Below the pieces are notes generated by a model. The model worked only from the letters and a program-made list of their open reading frames with translations, ran no database searches and was not told the DNA's origin. From the IMG/VR virus record IMGVR_UViG_3300046003_007892, positions 62,001 through 126,000 of that record: a DNA stretch of 64,000 nucleotides; one strand, written 5' to 3'. The position numbers and the translations under genes were made by a program. Below, in pieces: positions 24,729 through 33,449 of the stretch (position 1 is the first letter of the stretch; every line of letters starts with the position of its first letter).

Positions 24729-25898
24729 ATGCGCGATCTCATCAATCTCATCACCGAAAGCCAGCAGACCGTCACGCTGTATCGGGGAGATGCATCAGAG
24801 ATCGAACGCCTCACGATGGACAAGGCGGACTCGGAGGCCTTGTTCGGGCGAGGCATCTACCTCACCGACAGTCCCGAGGTTGCCGCCGACTACACCCTGA
24901 AGGGGAACGGCGGGGACATCGTTTTTCAATCGGGCGCGTACAACAGTTCGTTCCAATCCAAGGAACAGCTAATCCAGGCCTATCTGGAAAAAATCTGCAT
25001 GGAGCTTGGCTACGAAGAAGAGGCCAAGAGGCTCAAAGAGCAATGGCATCAGATTGCTCTGGAACGCCAAAACAAGGCGGTGATTCCAGATGGTCTCTAC
25101 TGGGATGGGATGTCCTCTGAGGAACAGAACAAAGCCCACGTCGTCTACCGGGAAATCAGAAACAAGCCCGCGCTAGAGGCCAGGGCCGAGTATGAAGTCG
25201 AACGTCGCGCCCTGTCCCAGAAATTCGTGGCCAAGGCCAAAAAGGTCTATCGGGAGCGCATCAAGGATATGCGGATTATCCGCCAGAGCACGGGCGCATG
25301 GGTGTTCGTCAAATCGGAGCGCGGGGGCACGATCTCAACGTTTGAGGTGCCGCGCGCCTACTGCGAGATGACCCTCGACACCGAGGCGCCATTGGCAGAC
25401 GATGTCTTGCCGATTCTTCGGGATGCTTTCTATGCGGCATATGACAAAATCCCATACGGGACTGGCCGGATGGACCTCCGGGTCTGGGACGCCAAAGGTG
25501 ATGAGAAATTCCCGCTGTCGTTCGACGATTACGTCGAGGGCTATAAGACGATGGGGTCCAGGTATGCTTGGGCCGACCACAACATTGGCGGCAAGGGGAA
25601 GAACCCCACAGTGGACGAACTCCTAAATGGAACCCACGCTGGCTACCACGTCTTGAAAAATGCGCAGGACAAACTCATCGCTGATCTGAAGGGCAAGGGC
25701 TACGTGGGCTTCCGCTACCAGGGCGGCGTTCGCGTGGGAGGAACCGGCAATCGAGGTGGTGGTGGCGTCCTACACAACGCCTATTCGTTCTGGGACGAGA
25801 AGGTCATCAACGGCTTCCGTGGCGATCACCACGCCTACGAGGACCCCAAGGTTGACCCGTCCTCGGCCAAGGGCATGCGCTCGACGAGCGTTCTCTAG
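24729..25898 (+). CDS. ART-PolyVal-like protein with helical insert, late
   Basis: LYRG..FGRGIYLTDSPEVAADY..GYVGF; MRDLINLITES. Confidence 0.7.
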   Translation: MRDLINLITESQQTVTLYRGDASEIERLTMDKADSEALFGRGIYLTDSPEVAADYTLKGNGGDIVFQSGAYNSSFQSKEQLIQAYLEKICMELGYEEEAKRLKEQWHQIALERQNKAVIPDGLYWDGMSSEEQNKAHVVYREIRNKPALEARAEYEVERRALSQKFVAKAKKVYRERIKDMRIIRQSTGAWVFVKSERGGTISTFEVPRAYCEMTLDTEAPLADDVLPILRDAFYAAYDKIPYGTGRMDLRVWDAKGDEKFPLSFDDYVEGYKTMGSRYAWADHNIGGKGKNPTVDELLNGTHAGYHVLKNAQDKLIADLKGKGYVGFRYQGGVRVGGTGNRGGGGVLHNAYSFWDEKVINGFRGDHHAYEDPKVDPSSAKGMRSTSVL

Positions 25899-26221
25899 AA
25901 ATCGCGGTGACTGAGGCCGTTCGTCCTGAACGGTTCGAACTGCGACAGGTAGAGCTTCATCTTCACAAAGTCCCGATCTTCATCGAAATGAATCGTCATG
26001 ATCGTGAGTTGATTGTTGACCGGTGACGCCGTGTAGGCGACGAGGTTCTCATCAATCCACTCTATGAACGTCGCGCGTTCCTCCTTGTCGGCGAAGATCA
26101 CACAGACGATGTATTTGTTGATCAGGAACAGCTTATCCACTCCGGCGTTGCTGCCTTCCGGGTCGATGGTCGCACAGGCTTCGAGCCATTTCCTGCCCTC
26201 GTGTTCGAGAACTACTTGCAC
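25895..26221 (-). CDS. hypothetical protein
   Basis: 108 aa. Confidence 0.6.
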   Translation of the reverse strand: MQVVLEHEGRKWLEACATIDPEGSNAGVDKLFLINKYIVCVIFADKEERATFIEWIDENLVAYTASPVNNQLTIMTIHFDEDRDFVKMKLYLSQFEPFRTNGLSHRDF

Positions 26222-26757
26222 GCCGCCACCATCACCGCGATGTCACCCGAGATGGTGTGGACATCCCGCATCGCGTCGATATCGACAACCCTGGCGGTCT
26301 TGTAGAGATGCTCCAGCACGGGGTCAGTCATGGCGTAATACTCGGCCAACCGCACTGCGAACGCAGCGGCGTTGTCGTCGCTTCGGCCCTGCTCGGAGAA
26401 ACGGATGGCGACACGGTCGATCAGAGTTTCGGGCACGGCCACGAAGTTGAGGACCAGATCGATTGAGGTGAGTTCTTCGAGGCGGCGCGCTTGTTCGAGC
26501 GTGCGCGGAAAGCCGTCGAGGAGGTAATCTCCCGGCACGACCATGCGCTGCCGGATGAGTGAGACCGCGATGTCGTCGGTGACCAGATGCCCCTCGGCGA
26601 TGATGTCGGCGATCTGAAGGCCCAGGTCAGTCTTGGCGGCCACTTCGCTGCGAAGCATGTCGCCAGTCGAGAGATGGGTGAAGCCACAGGAGTCCACGAG
26701 GAACCGCGCTTGCGTTCCCTTGCCAGCGGCGGGGGGTCCGAAGAGGATGATGTTCAT
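26212..26757 (-). CDS. adk: adenylate kinase (short LID type)
   Basis: GPPAAGKGTQ, HLSTGDMLR, LLDGFPRT, RSDD. Confidence 0.92.
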   Translation of the reverse strand: MNIILFGPPAAGKGTQARFLVDSCGFTHLSTGDMLRSEVAAKTDLGLQIADIIAEGHLVTDDIAVSLIRQRMVVPGDYLLDGFPRTLEQARRLEELTSIDLVLNFVAVPETLIDRVAIRFSEQGRSDDNAAAFAVRLAEYYAMTDPVLEHLYKTARVVDIDAMRDVHTISGDIAVMVAACK

Positions 26758-26788
26758 GGGTGCTCCTTAAGCTGGACCATTAAACGGC

Positions 26789-26824
26789 AAACGGGCCGGG
26801 GAAGCAAATTATCCCGGCCCGTTT
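26789..26824. terminator. intrinsic terminator hairpin
   Basis: AAACGGGCCGGG...CCCGGCCCGTTT. Confidence 0.75.
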
Positions 26825-26890
26825 AGGTCGCGCACCCGGCGCAGACCGAATTTTGAGTGTTCTCTTGAATCATTGCGGTGATGATCATGG

Positions 26891-27006
26891 CTACTTCATT
26901 ATATTCTCCTTTCCTCGCCGTCAGCGAAACCTTCCGAGGGCCGTCGCCAAACCCGCAACCTAAGTCGCGGCGTCCTGCGCATCAGGGCCTTCCCAGAAGC
27001 TGAGAC
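26891..27006 (-). ncRNA. unassigned structured leader RNA ending in SD-AUG-AAG-UAG
   Basis: after TTGACA-N16-TAGGTT; several hairpins; no family recognised. Confidence 0.4.
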
Positions 27007-27079
27007 CAACCTACTCGTTATTTGACAAGTGTCAAGCCATTTTTATCGCATCACGCATGCGTGAATAGTATTATGGATC

Positions 27080-27280
27080 ATGACTGTATTTTGGGACGAC
27101 GTGCCGGGTAGCATCCTGGTTGAGAACTGCTACGTGGCGAACTGCCAAACTCGGACGTCTGGGGGCGGGAGTCGCGACGGCTCGGCGGTATCGCTGTGCG
27201 CCCAGCACCGCACCGAGGCTGATCTGGAGGCTGCCCTGACTCGTCTCAAGGGCTGGCGTGAAGACGGGGGCGGGGACTAA
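27080..27280 (+). CDS. hypothetical protein
   Basis: 66 aa followed by G/C hairpin. Confidence 0.55.
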   Translation: MTVFWDDVPGSILVENCYVANCQTRTSGGGSRDGSAVSLCAQHRTEADLEAALTRLKGWREDGGGD

Positions 27281-27418
27281 ACCCCACCCCCTTACTTCTC
27301 ATTTTCCACATTTGTAATCCGGGCGCCAAGCGGAATGCCTCCGAGTATCGAGGCACGAGCGCGAAAAAAGGACAGTGGGGTTTATCTACGGAGACATCGT
27401 TCCCTCCTGCCTTGGGGG

Positions 27419-27826
27419 TTACTCGGCGGTAAGCTTGCCGACCGAGAGTGCGAGGACGGCCCATACGACTTTGCAGCCGATGTGCAACCATTGATCGATG
27501 TGGAACGAGTTCTTTCCAAAACGACCAGCGGACTTGTTGTAATCGATCACGGCGTGAGCGATTGCTTCAAGCATCCCAATCCAGACGTATCCGGTCGCAT
27601 AAGCGACGAAGCCGCCATGAATCATGGAGTGGTAGAAGAGGCCCCACGGCCAAACCTTTTCACCCAGCCCAAGAGACGCGGACTTCAGGTGATTTTTGAG
27701 GGTGGCCAGGAATGCGCTCTGGGCTGGAAAATCGGCGACAGCGTGCCCGACGATCAGCCAGAAGAAGAGATCGATGAACGAGGTAGCGAACATGTGGGAA
27801 GCCAGGGAACTAGAGGGCGAATTCAA
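27419..27826 (-). CDS. DUF3307-like membrane protein
   Basis: GHAVADF, HSMIH, HAVID..K, DQWLH. Confidence 0.75.
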   Translation of the reverse strand: MNSPSSSLASHMFATSFIDLFFWLIVGHAVADFPAQSAFLATLKNHLKSASLGLGEKVWPWGLFYHSMIHGGFVAYATGYVWIGMLEAIAHAVIDYNKSAGRFGKNSFHIDQWLHIGCKVVWAVLALSVGKLTAE

Positions 27827-27866
27827 CCTAGCATCAGTCCTGCACTCTGGCTATATAAAAGTTGAC

Positions 27867-27895
27867 AAAAAAAGAGCCCCATGAAGGGGCTCTTT
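27867..27895. terminator. intrinsic terminator hairpin
   Basis: AAAGAGCCCC-ATGAA-GGGGCTCTTT. Confidence 0.75.
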
Positions 27896-27916
27896 CCTGT
27901 ATATCGCGGAACAGTA

Positions 27917-28159
27917 TTAGCTGTTCTTGCCCGCACCCATCTCCGTTGCAGCCGGAGCAGCTTTTTTCTTGTCGGAAGTAAAGACCAGGACGAGACCGGC
28001 AATGCCGGACCCGGTGGCTGCGATCATCTCAACAGCGTCGGGAGAGATGGTCAAACCGGCTGCTGAAAGAATGGCGATAAAGCCGAGCCAAGTCGAACGT
28101 TCTTTTAAGCGGGCGAGGGCGAACTCTTGAAATTTCGCCAGATCGAAGGTCAGGGTCAT
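27917..28159 (-). CDS. holin-like small membrane protein
   Basis: ERSTWLG, two TM segments, basic tail. Confidence 0.5.
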   Translation of the reverse strand: MTLTFDLAKFQEFALARLKERSTWLGFIAILSAAGLTISPDAVEMIAATGSGIAGLVLVFTSDKKKAAPAATEMGAGKNS

Positions 28160-28161
28160 GA

Positions 28162-28524
28162 TTAGTCCTCAGAATCTGTGATTTTGCGCTTCGGGGCAGC
28201 AGGTTTCGGGGGCGCGAAAGATGCGGCGGCGGCTTCGGCCGGGCTCAGGAAAGTCTGTTCGTCCGATGCCGGGGCTGCCTTGCGGGGGGCAGGGGCGAAA
28301 ACGTCTTCTGCGAGATCGCGCAGAGGAACTTGTTTGACCGGGCCAGCCGACGTGCGGTGATATTCAGCCGCAACTTCCTCACGGGATTTCACGATCTGAC
28401 CACGAGGTCCGATGACGTCGCCGCGCGCATTCATCGACGCGCCGCCGATAGCGATCACGTTTTCATTCTTAGCGATCAGACGGGCCATATCCACGGTGTG
28501 GCCCTTCATGGTCTTGATACTCAT
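28162..28524 (-). CDS. late hypothetical protein
   Basis: TAAATA 27 nt upstream. Confidence 0.7.
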   Translation of the reverse strand: MSIKTMKGHTVDMARLIAKNENVIAIGGASMNARGDVIGPRGQIVKSREEVAAEYHRTSAGPVKQVPLRDLAEDVFAPAPRKAAPASDEQTFLSPAEAAAASFAPPKPAAPKRKITDSED

Positions 28525-28600
28525 TTCGACTCCAATTGTTGTCCGTGAACCTATTTATGCAAGTAAAATCCACCCATAAGTGAGTACCCATAAATAGCCA

Positions 28601-29014
28601 ATGCGATATAGTGAGATCAACGAAGGTCAGGTTAGGAAGGTGGAAGTTCACTTCCGGCAGCCCGAAGTTATCGTTTACATCAACCCATCTGCTGCTCAAA
28701 TCGATACTGCTCTGTCGCGGACACAGTATGCTTGCCTGCGAGCCCACCTGGGAGATAAACTATTGGTTTGGGATGCCGAGTTTGCCACGCACGATCACGT
28801 CGATGACTGCGGAGAGTTCGGCAAGCTCAAGTATATCCGCCTCCTGATCGAGGACCACAAAATCCGCTGCATGCGCTACGGCTATGACGGCGCCGATTTC
28901 CCCACGGACCCAAACACCCTGGAAGACCTCATCTCGCACGAGCAACTCGTCGAGGCCGTGCAGTCCCATCCGCTGATCATGCAGGCGTTCCCCGGCTACC
29001 CGGTCTGGGCCTAA
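28601..29014 (+). CDS. late protein with capsid-targeting-like N-terminus
   Basis: TAAATA-N4-ATG; MRYSEINEG. Confidence 0.75.
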   Translation: MRYSEINEGQVRKVEVHFRQPEVIVYINPSAAQIDTALSRTQYACLRAHLGDKLLVWDAEFATHDHVDDCGEFGKLKYIRLLIEDHKIRCMRYGYDGADFPTDPNTLEDLISHEQLVEAVQSHPLIMQAFPGYPVWA

Positions 29015-29021
29015 ATACAGC

Positions 29022-29777
29022 ATGCGCCTTCTTGCCCTCTGCGAATCCGAGCAAAGCGATAGAGATGATCGCTTGAGGGCCAAACTGGCTTTCAAGCAGA
29101 TCAAGTATTGGCTCGACGCCAACGCGGATGATGGCTTCCGGCGTTTGAAGAAACTCCCCGAGGGAACCCGCTACGCGGGCTCGTTCGCACTCTTGTCTGA
29201 AATGTGCGATCTTGATGCCGACTATCCAGATTTGGCATTCATCTTTATCGACCGGCTCGATATCACTGGCGGGAGAGTCACGGCCAGCTTTGGGCAGTCT
29301 GCGGACAAGTCCAAATCTTTCATCTTCATTGGATGCCTGAAGGGACCTGGGGATTCCACGTATCTGAACACGCGTTTCTCCGGGACGGAGAAATATTTCG
29401 TCCACGAGTTCATGCACTACCTGATGCGCAAACGGGCACCGGATACGAAGCCGTCAACGTCCAAGCTGAATGGCAACGATTGGACGGACTACCACAACGA
29501 CGCTGACGAGACGAACGCCTACTATCAGGAGGCCGCTCACGGTGCTGTGGATTTCTTCCGCGTGGTTGCCTCGCACGCGCCAGTGCGCGTCGATGAGTTT
29601 GCCGACATGACGGTTCAGGAACTCGTCGCCTTCATCGTTCCACGGTTCGTCAACCAGGATTTCCTCGGCGACCTCACGGCGGACAATCGCAGGGCTCTCT
29701 TCAAGAGACTGGCTCGATGCGTGAACGAGACCATCAAGCCCATGCTAGAGCGCGCACGAGTAGCAGCCGTCGTCTAG
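29022..29777 (+). CDS. late HExxH metallopeptidase-like protein with capsid-targeting-like N-terminus
   Basis: TAAATA-N4-ATG; MRLLALCES; FVHEFMHY..DETNAYYQE. Confidence 0.7.
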   Translation: MRLLALCESEQSDRDDRLRAKLAFKQIKYWLDANADDGFRRLKKLPEGTRYAGSFALLSEMCDLDADYPDLAFIFIDRLDITGGRVTASFGQSADKSKSFIFIGCLKGPGDSTYLNTRFSGTEKYFVHEFMHYLMRKRAPDTKPSTSKLNGNDWTDYHNDADETNAYYQEAAHGAVDFFRVVASHAPVRVDEFADMTVQELVAFIVPRFVNQDFLGDLTADNRRALFKRLARCVNETIKPMLERARVAAVV

Positions 29778-30206
29778 CGGCGGCACCAGGGCCAAGGGTT
29801 TGACCATCGGGGTCACTTTCGCGAACAGGCGGCGCAGAACAAGTTCCGAAACATTTTTCCTCAGCACGAAGACGCCCTGCGGCCGATCAGCCTCCGGGGG
29901 CTTCGGCCGTTTCTTCATCTTGGGACGGGTTGATTTCTTGACGCTGACGATCTCGCAGACGGGCTCAACCGAATGACACTTGGTCGCCTTGACCGTGTAG
30001 GAATAGATGTCTTCGTATTCGCCGGACCAGATTTCGTAGTCACTATCGTCGATGATGTCATTGATCTCATCTTCGAACAGTGAATTGTAAGTGCTGGGTT
30101 CTGGCTTCGACGACGATTTATGATAGTCTTCCACCAAGTCGTATTCCCAGTGGTCTTCGTCGTCCTCGTCGTCCATCGTGATGATTTTGAGATTCATCGC
30201 CATCAT
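29745..30206 (-). CDS. hypothetical protein, paralog 3
   Basis: PEADRPQGVFVLRK motif. Confidence 0.7.
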   Translation of the reverse strand: MMAMNLKIITMDDEDDEDHWEYDLVEDYHKSSSKPEPSTYNSLFEDEINDIIDDSDYEIWSGEYEDIYSYTVKATKCHSVEPVCEIVSVKKSTRPKMKKRPKPPEADRPQGVFVLRKNVSELVLRRLFAKVTPMVKPLALVPPLDDGCYSCAL

Positions 30207-30637
30207 TTCACCGCCGCGAGCGCGTGGTTGAGTTGGAAATCCGAGACCCCCTTGGCCAGGATGAAGACGCCAGGGAGCTTGGGTGGGTGGATGTCCCGCT
30301 CTGGGTGGCCCATGCGGTCGAGTTCGTAGATGACCTCGTCGATGGCGAGTGATCGGGCCTCTTCTTCAATCCGAATCATTTCCAACAGACGGTACGAGCT
30401 AGGGCTCGGTATATAGCTGTGCCCTAGCTTATCCTTGAGACGGTACGCTTTCACGAAGCGGAGGTTATTTTCGCCACGAATGTCGAGCCATTGAATGAGA
30501 CCGTTGTGTGGGTTTCTCCCCATGATCTGAATGGTCTGGCTCCGGGGGTTGAAGCGCAGTTCTCCGATGGGTCCCTGGCCGCCCCGTTGTCCAATGCCCA
30601 TGTTGGTGATTTGGTGACCTACCGTTGAGACACTCAT
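30203..30637 (-). CDS. hypothetical protein, paralog 2
   Basis: PGVFILAKGV motif. Confidence 0.7.
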   Translation of the reverse strand: MSVSTVGHQITNMGIGQRGGQGPIGELRFNPRSQTIQIMGRNPHNGLIQWLDIRGENNLRFVKAYRLKDKLGHSYIPSPSSYRLLEMIRIEEEARSLAIDEVIYELDRMGHPERDIHPPKLPGVFILAKGVSDFQLNHALAAVK

Positions 30638-31083
30638 GCGGCCAGAGCCCCATAGAGACGCCGCAGGGTGATCTCCGGCACGCCCTTGCGAAGCACGAAC
30701 ACCCCGTCTGGGCGGTCTGCTTCAGGCAGCGCGTCCTGCTTCAGGATACGCTGCTTGAAGTAGTTGTTCTTGATCGTGGTCGCATTGGAATACGTGTTCA
30801 GGTAATAGTTCGAGACGTTGTAGGTATAGGGGTTCTTGGGAGGAGGCGGTTTCGCCTCTCCTGTGTGGAAATCGTACTCGGCACCGTTTGAGAACGTCAT
30901 CTTACGGTTCCGTTTTTCCGACTTCTTGATCTTTTTCTTGCTCGGTTTGTCGGGCTCGACATAGGGGGCACGCGGGTCATCCGCACCATAGAAGGTGTCA
31001 GTGGTGCCGTCGTATATGTTGCCGTTTGAGAACCTGACAGCCACAGTGGCTCCGAAGGTAAGGGATGCCCGCATTCGTAGCAT
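30634..31083 (-). CDS. hypothetical protein, paralog 1
   Basis: PEADRPDGVFVLRK motif. Confidence 0.7.
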   Translation of the reverse strand: MLRMRASLTFGATVAVRFSNGNIYDGTTDTFYGADDPRAPYVEPDKPSKKKIKKSEKRNRKMTFSNGAEYDFHTGEAKPPPPKNPYTYNVSNYYLNTYSNATTIKNNYFKQRILKQDALPEADRPDGVFVLRKGVPEITLRRLYGALAA

Positions 31084-31103
31084 CGAACGCGGGCCCCTGT
31101 CGA

Positions 31104-31784
31104 TTAGATTTTCGCTGGCCAGAGTTTGTCGATTGCCCCGCGCATGAACTCCTTGCAGGTGCAGGATTTGCCCGTGACGTGGTCTTCAATCGAGTTGTCG
31201 CGGAAACGGTAGGTGCGGATTTTGTCACCCCGCATCCCGCTGCCGACCTGGGCCGCACGAATCACATTGGTGGCCTCTCGCCCCGCCGTGCTCCGACCGG
31301 CGTCCAGTTTCGCCACAAGGCCTTCCATGGCCTCGCGCTCGTTGGAGGCACGGCTCCGTCCTTGAGACTTCACCGACAGCCCGGTGGGGACATGGGTGAG
31401 GTCTAGGGAGTTGTGGTGCTTGTTGGCGTGCTGGCCGCCCGCGCCGGTTGCCCCGAACCACCGGTAGGAAAAATCACTATTGTCCCTGCGGTCGTAGGCG
31501 GCATCTACAGCGTCTGCGTCCGACAGCACACTGACCGTGACCGTGCTGGTGTGCACGCGGCCCTTGCGTTCGGTTGGTGGTACTCTCTGGATTCGGTGGC
31601 CACCGGCTTCGTGCTTCAGGCCTTTCGCGGCATCACTCGCGACAATGGTCACCATCGAGTCGGTGACGTCGATGCTGGTCAGTCAACCCTTTTGGGTCAG
31701 GTATTTTGCGTAGGTTTCGCCCAAGTCTGCCATAAACAGCTTGGCGTCAGAACCGCCCTCGCCGGGGCGAATCTCGATAATCAT
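31104..31784 (-). CDS. RF1-like peptide chain release factor lacking domain 1, in-frame TGA at codon 34
   Basis: GAGGAG SD; MIIEIRPGEGGSDAKLF; QRVPPTE (PxT); GGQ; TGA at 31683-31685. Confidence 0.85.
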
Positions 31785-31850
31785 GAGACACTCCTCTGGG
31801 GCGCCAATCGCCCCAAGGTATTTACCTTACAGGAATGGTCTACCAGATGT

Positions 31851-32159
31851 CTAGTTCTTCGGGAACTTCGGCCCGGCGATCAGGTAGACGGACTTGTCTT
31901 CCACGGAGCCACGGCCGATCACGACGATCTGTTTGGCGATCAGGCGTTTGACAGCGGACCATTCGCGCGGCGTGGTGATGATGCCGACGTGGGTCTCCGG
32001 GCCGCCAGTGGGATTGACGAGTTTCTGGCTCGCATAGCCGGTTTCCCACTCGCCATTGCGCTTGAGGCGATTGATGAGGTCTTCACCCGCCCGCATGTCG
32101 GAGATGATGCTGGCTTCGCAGTCAGCGATGGTGCGGGGCGGCTTGGGGGAAAAGGTCAT
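31851..32159 (-). CDS. hypothetical protein
   Basis: ATG 6 nt after TTGACA-N16-TAAGTT. Confidence 0.65.
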   Translation of the reverse strand: MTFSPKPPRTIADCEASIISDMRAGEDLINRLKRNGEWETGYASQKLVNPTGGPETHVGIITTPREWSAVKRLIAKQIVVIGRGSVEDKSVYLIAGPKFPKN

Positions 32160-32197
32160 GAGGGCAACTTACACCATGGTGGATGCTTGTCAAGTAA

Positions 32198-32413
32198 TTA
32201 GTCTTCGACGAACATGCTCCACGGCCACGCTCGCTTCATCGTGTGATCGACGCCAAGATCGTCGCTGCTGTTGGGCGGGAGGCAGGCTTGTTCGAGCCTG
32301 CGATAGCGGATGTAGCCGGGTTGGTTCTGGTCCACTCGGGCTACGCCGATGCCGCCGAAACCATTGACGACCAGATCGCCAGGATGGACGTCGAAATGAG
32401 GGGAGTGAGGCAT
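32198..32413 (-). CDS. hypothetical protein
   Basis: TGATG-coupled start. Confidence 0.55.
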   Translation of the reverse strand: MPHSPHFDVHPGDLVVNGFGGIGVARVDQNQPGYIRYRRLEQACLPPNSSDDLGVDHTMKRAWPWSMFVED

Positions 32414-32616
32414 CAGATTGCCGCTGCCCACCAGTCGAACGCCCGGCTGCCCGGATAATCGCCATGCTTGTGGACGCCTTCGGCTTTCGCTGCCTTGATT
32501 GCGGCTTTCTCCGACAGGGCCATGACGGACACCGTTACGCCCCCGTCGAAGCGGGCATCGTAGCGGGGGTTCTGGGTCTTGGGCTTGAAGTTGACGAGGA
32601 ACTTACGAAGCATCAC
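32413..32616 (-). CDS. hypothetical protein
   Basis: 67 aa, coupled. Confidence 0.6.
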   Translation of the reverse strand: MMLRKFLVNFKPKTQNPRYDARFDGGVTVSVMALSEKAAIKAAKAEGVHKHGDYPGSRAFDWWAAAI

Positions 32617-32845
32617 CGTTCTCCGAATAGACCAGGATGATGTCCCGCGCCGTCTTCAGTGCGCCCGCCTTGGCGACGTGGGTATTGTGTCGCCCGGATT
32701 TCTGATCGACGGGGTTCTCCCATTGCTCACGCGTCCACGTTCTGCTCTGATTGGCGACGAGGAAGCCTGCCCGGTTCAACCCTTCGAGGTCTAGCCCCTT
32801 GGGGTCCACCGAGAAAATTTCTGCGAGGGTGAGTTGCTCAGGCAT
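32603..32845 (-). CDS. hypothetical protein
   Basis: MPEQLTLAEIF. Confidence 0.6.
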   Translation of the reverse strand: MPEQLTLAEIFSVDPKGLDLEGLNRAGFLVANQSRTWTREQWENPVDQKSGRHNTHVAKAGALKTARDIILVYSENGDAS

Positions 32846-33101
32846 AGGGCTTTCCGGTGACATAGACGGAGTTCTCGGCCGCGATGGGGAAGTCGGGGAA
32901 GTCCTGGAACCCCAGCGGGTTGATGACGTCGCCGCCGTCCGCCCACACCCAACGGGAGTGACGGCCATCGGGATTTCCCCACATAGCTTCGCCGACCTTC
33001 GGTTGAAGACCGTTCTCGCGGTAATAGCCCGCGATGATGACGCGGCGCAAGAAATCCGTTTCGGTCTGGGCTTCCCAGAGGGGTTTCCATTCAGGTTGCA
33101 T
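32838..33101 (-). CDS. hypothetical protein
   Basis: MQPEWKPLW. Confidence 0.6.
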   Translation of the reverse strand: MQPEWKPLWEAQTETDFLRRVIIAGYYRENGLQPKVGEAMWGNPDGRHSRWVWADGGDVINPLGFQDFPDFPIAAENSVYVTGKPYA

Positions 33102-33447
33102 TTCCGGCCTCTTCAATGGTCTTGCGAATATCGCGCAGGAGTTTGGCAAAAGTTTTTTCGTGGATGACCGTGCCGCCCGTTTGATCGGGTAGGCTGTAGA
33201 TCGCGCACCACGCGGGACCCAGCGTTGTCCGCTTTGACTTATAGTCGTATTCGATGGTCCCGATTTGGGTTCCATCCAGTTTTATCACATACCGCTGGAG
33301 TTTCGAGGACAGATGCTCGTTGCCGGGTACGCGACTATAGGTGAGGTTGAGGCCGTGCTGCCGCTCAACAGGGAAGCGACCGCAAGAGCGGCATTGCCCG
33401 TGGCGGTTCTTCTTGAAAACTCCACACCATTGGCAGCGAGGGTCCAT
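33091..33447 (-). CDS. hypothetical protein with N-terminal Zn ribbon
   Basis: CQWC..CRSC. Confidence 0.65.
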   Translation of the reverse strand: MDPRCQWCGVFKKNRHGQCRSCGRFPVERQHGLNLTYSRVPGNEHLSSKLQRYVIKLDGTQIGTIEYDYKSKRTTLGPAWCAIYSLPDQTGGTVIHEKTFAKLLRDIRKTIEEAGNAT

Positions 33448-33449
33448 GG

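Noticed and set aside
26823-27420. tmRNA (two-piece), SRP, RNase P, known riboswitch or ribozyme
   Set aside because: No tRNA-like ends or tag; cores such as CUGAUGA or GAGGAAAGUCC not matched
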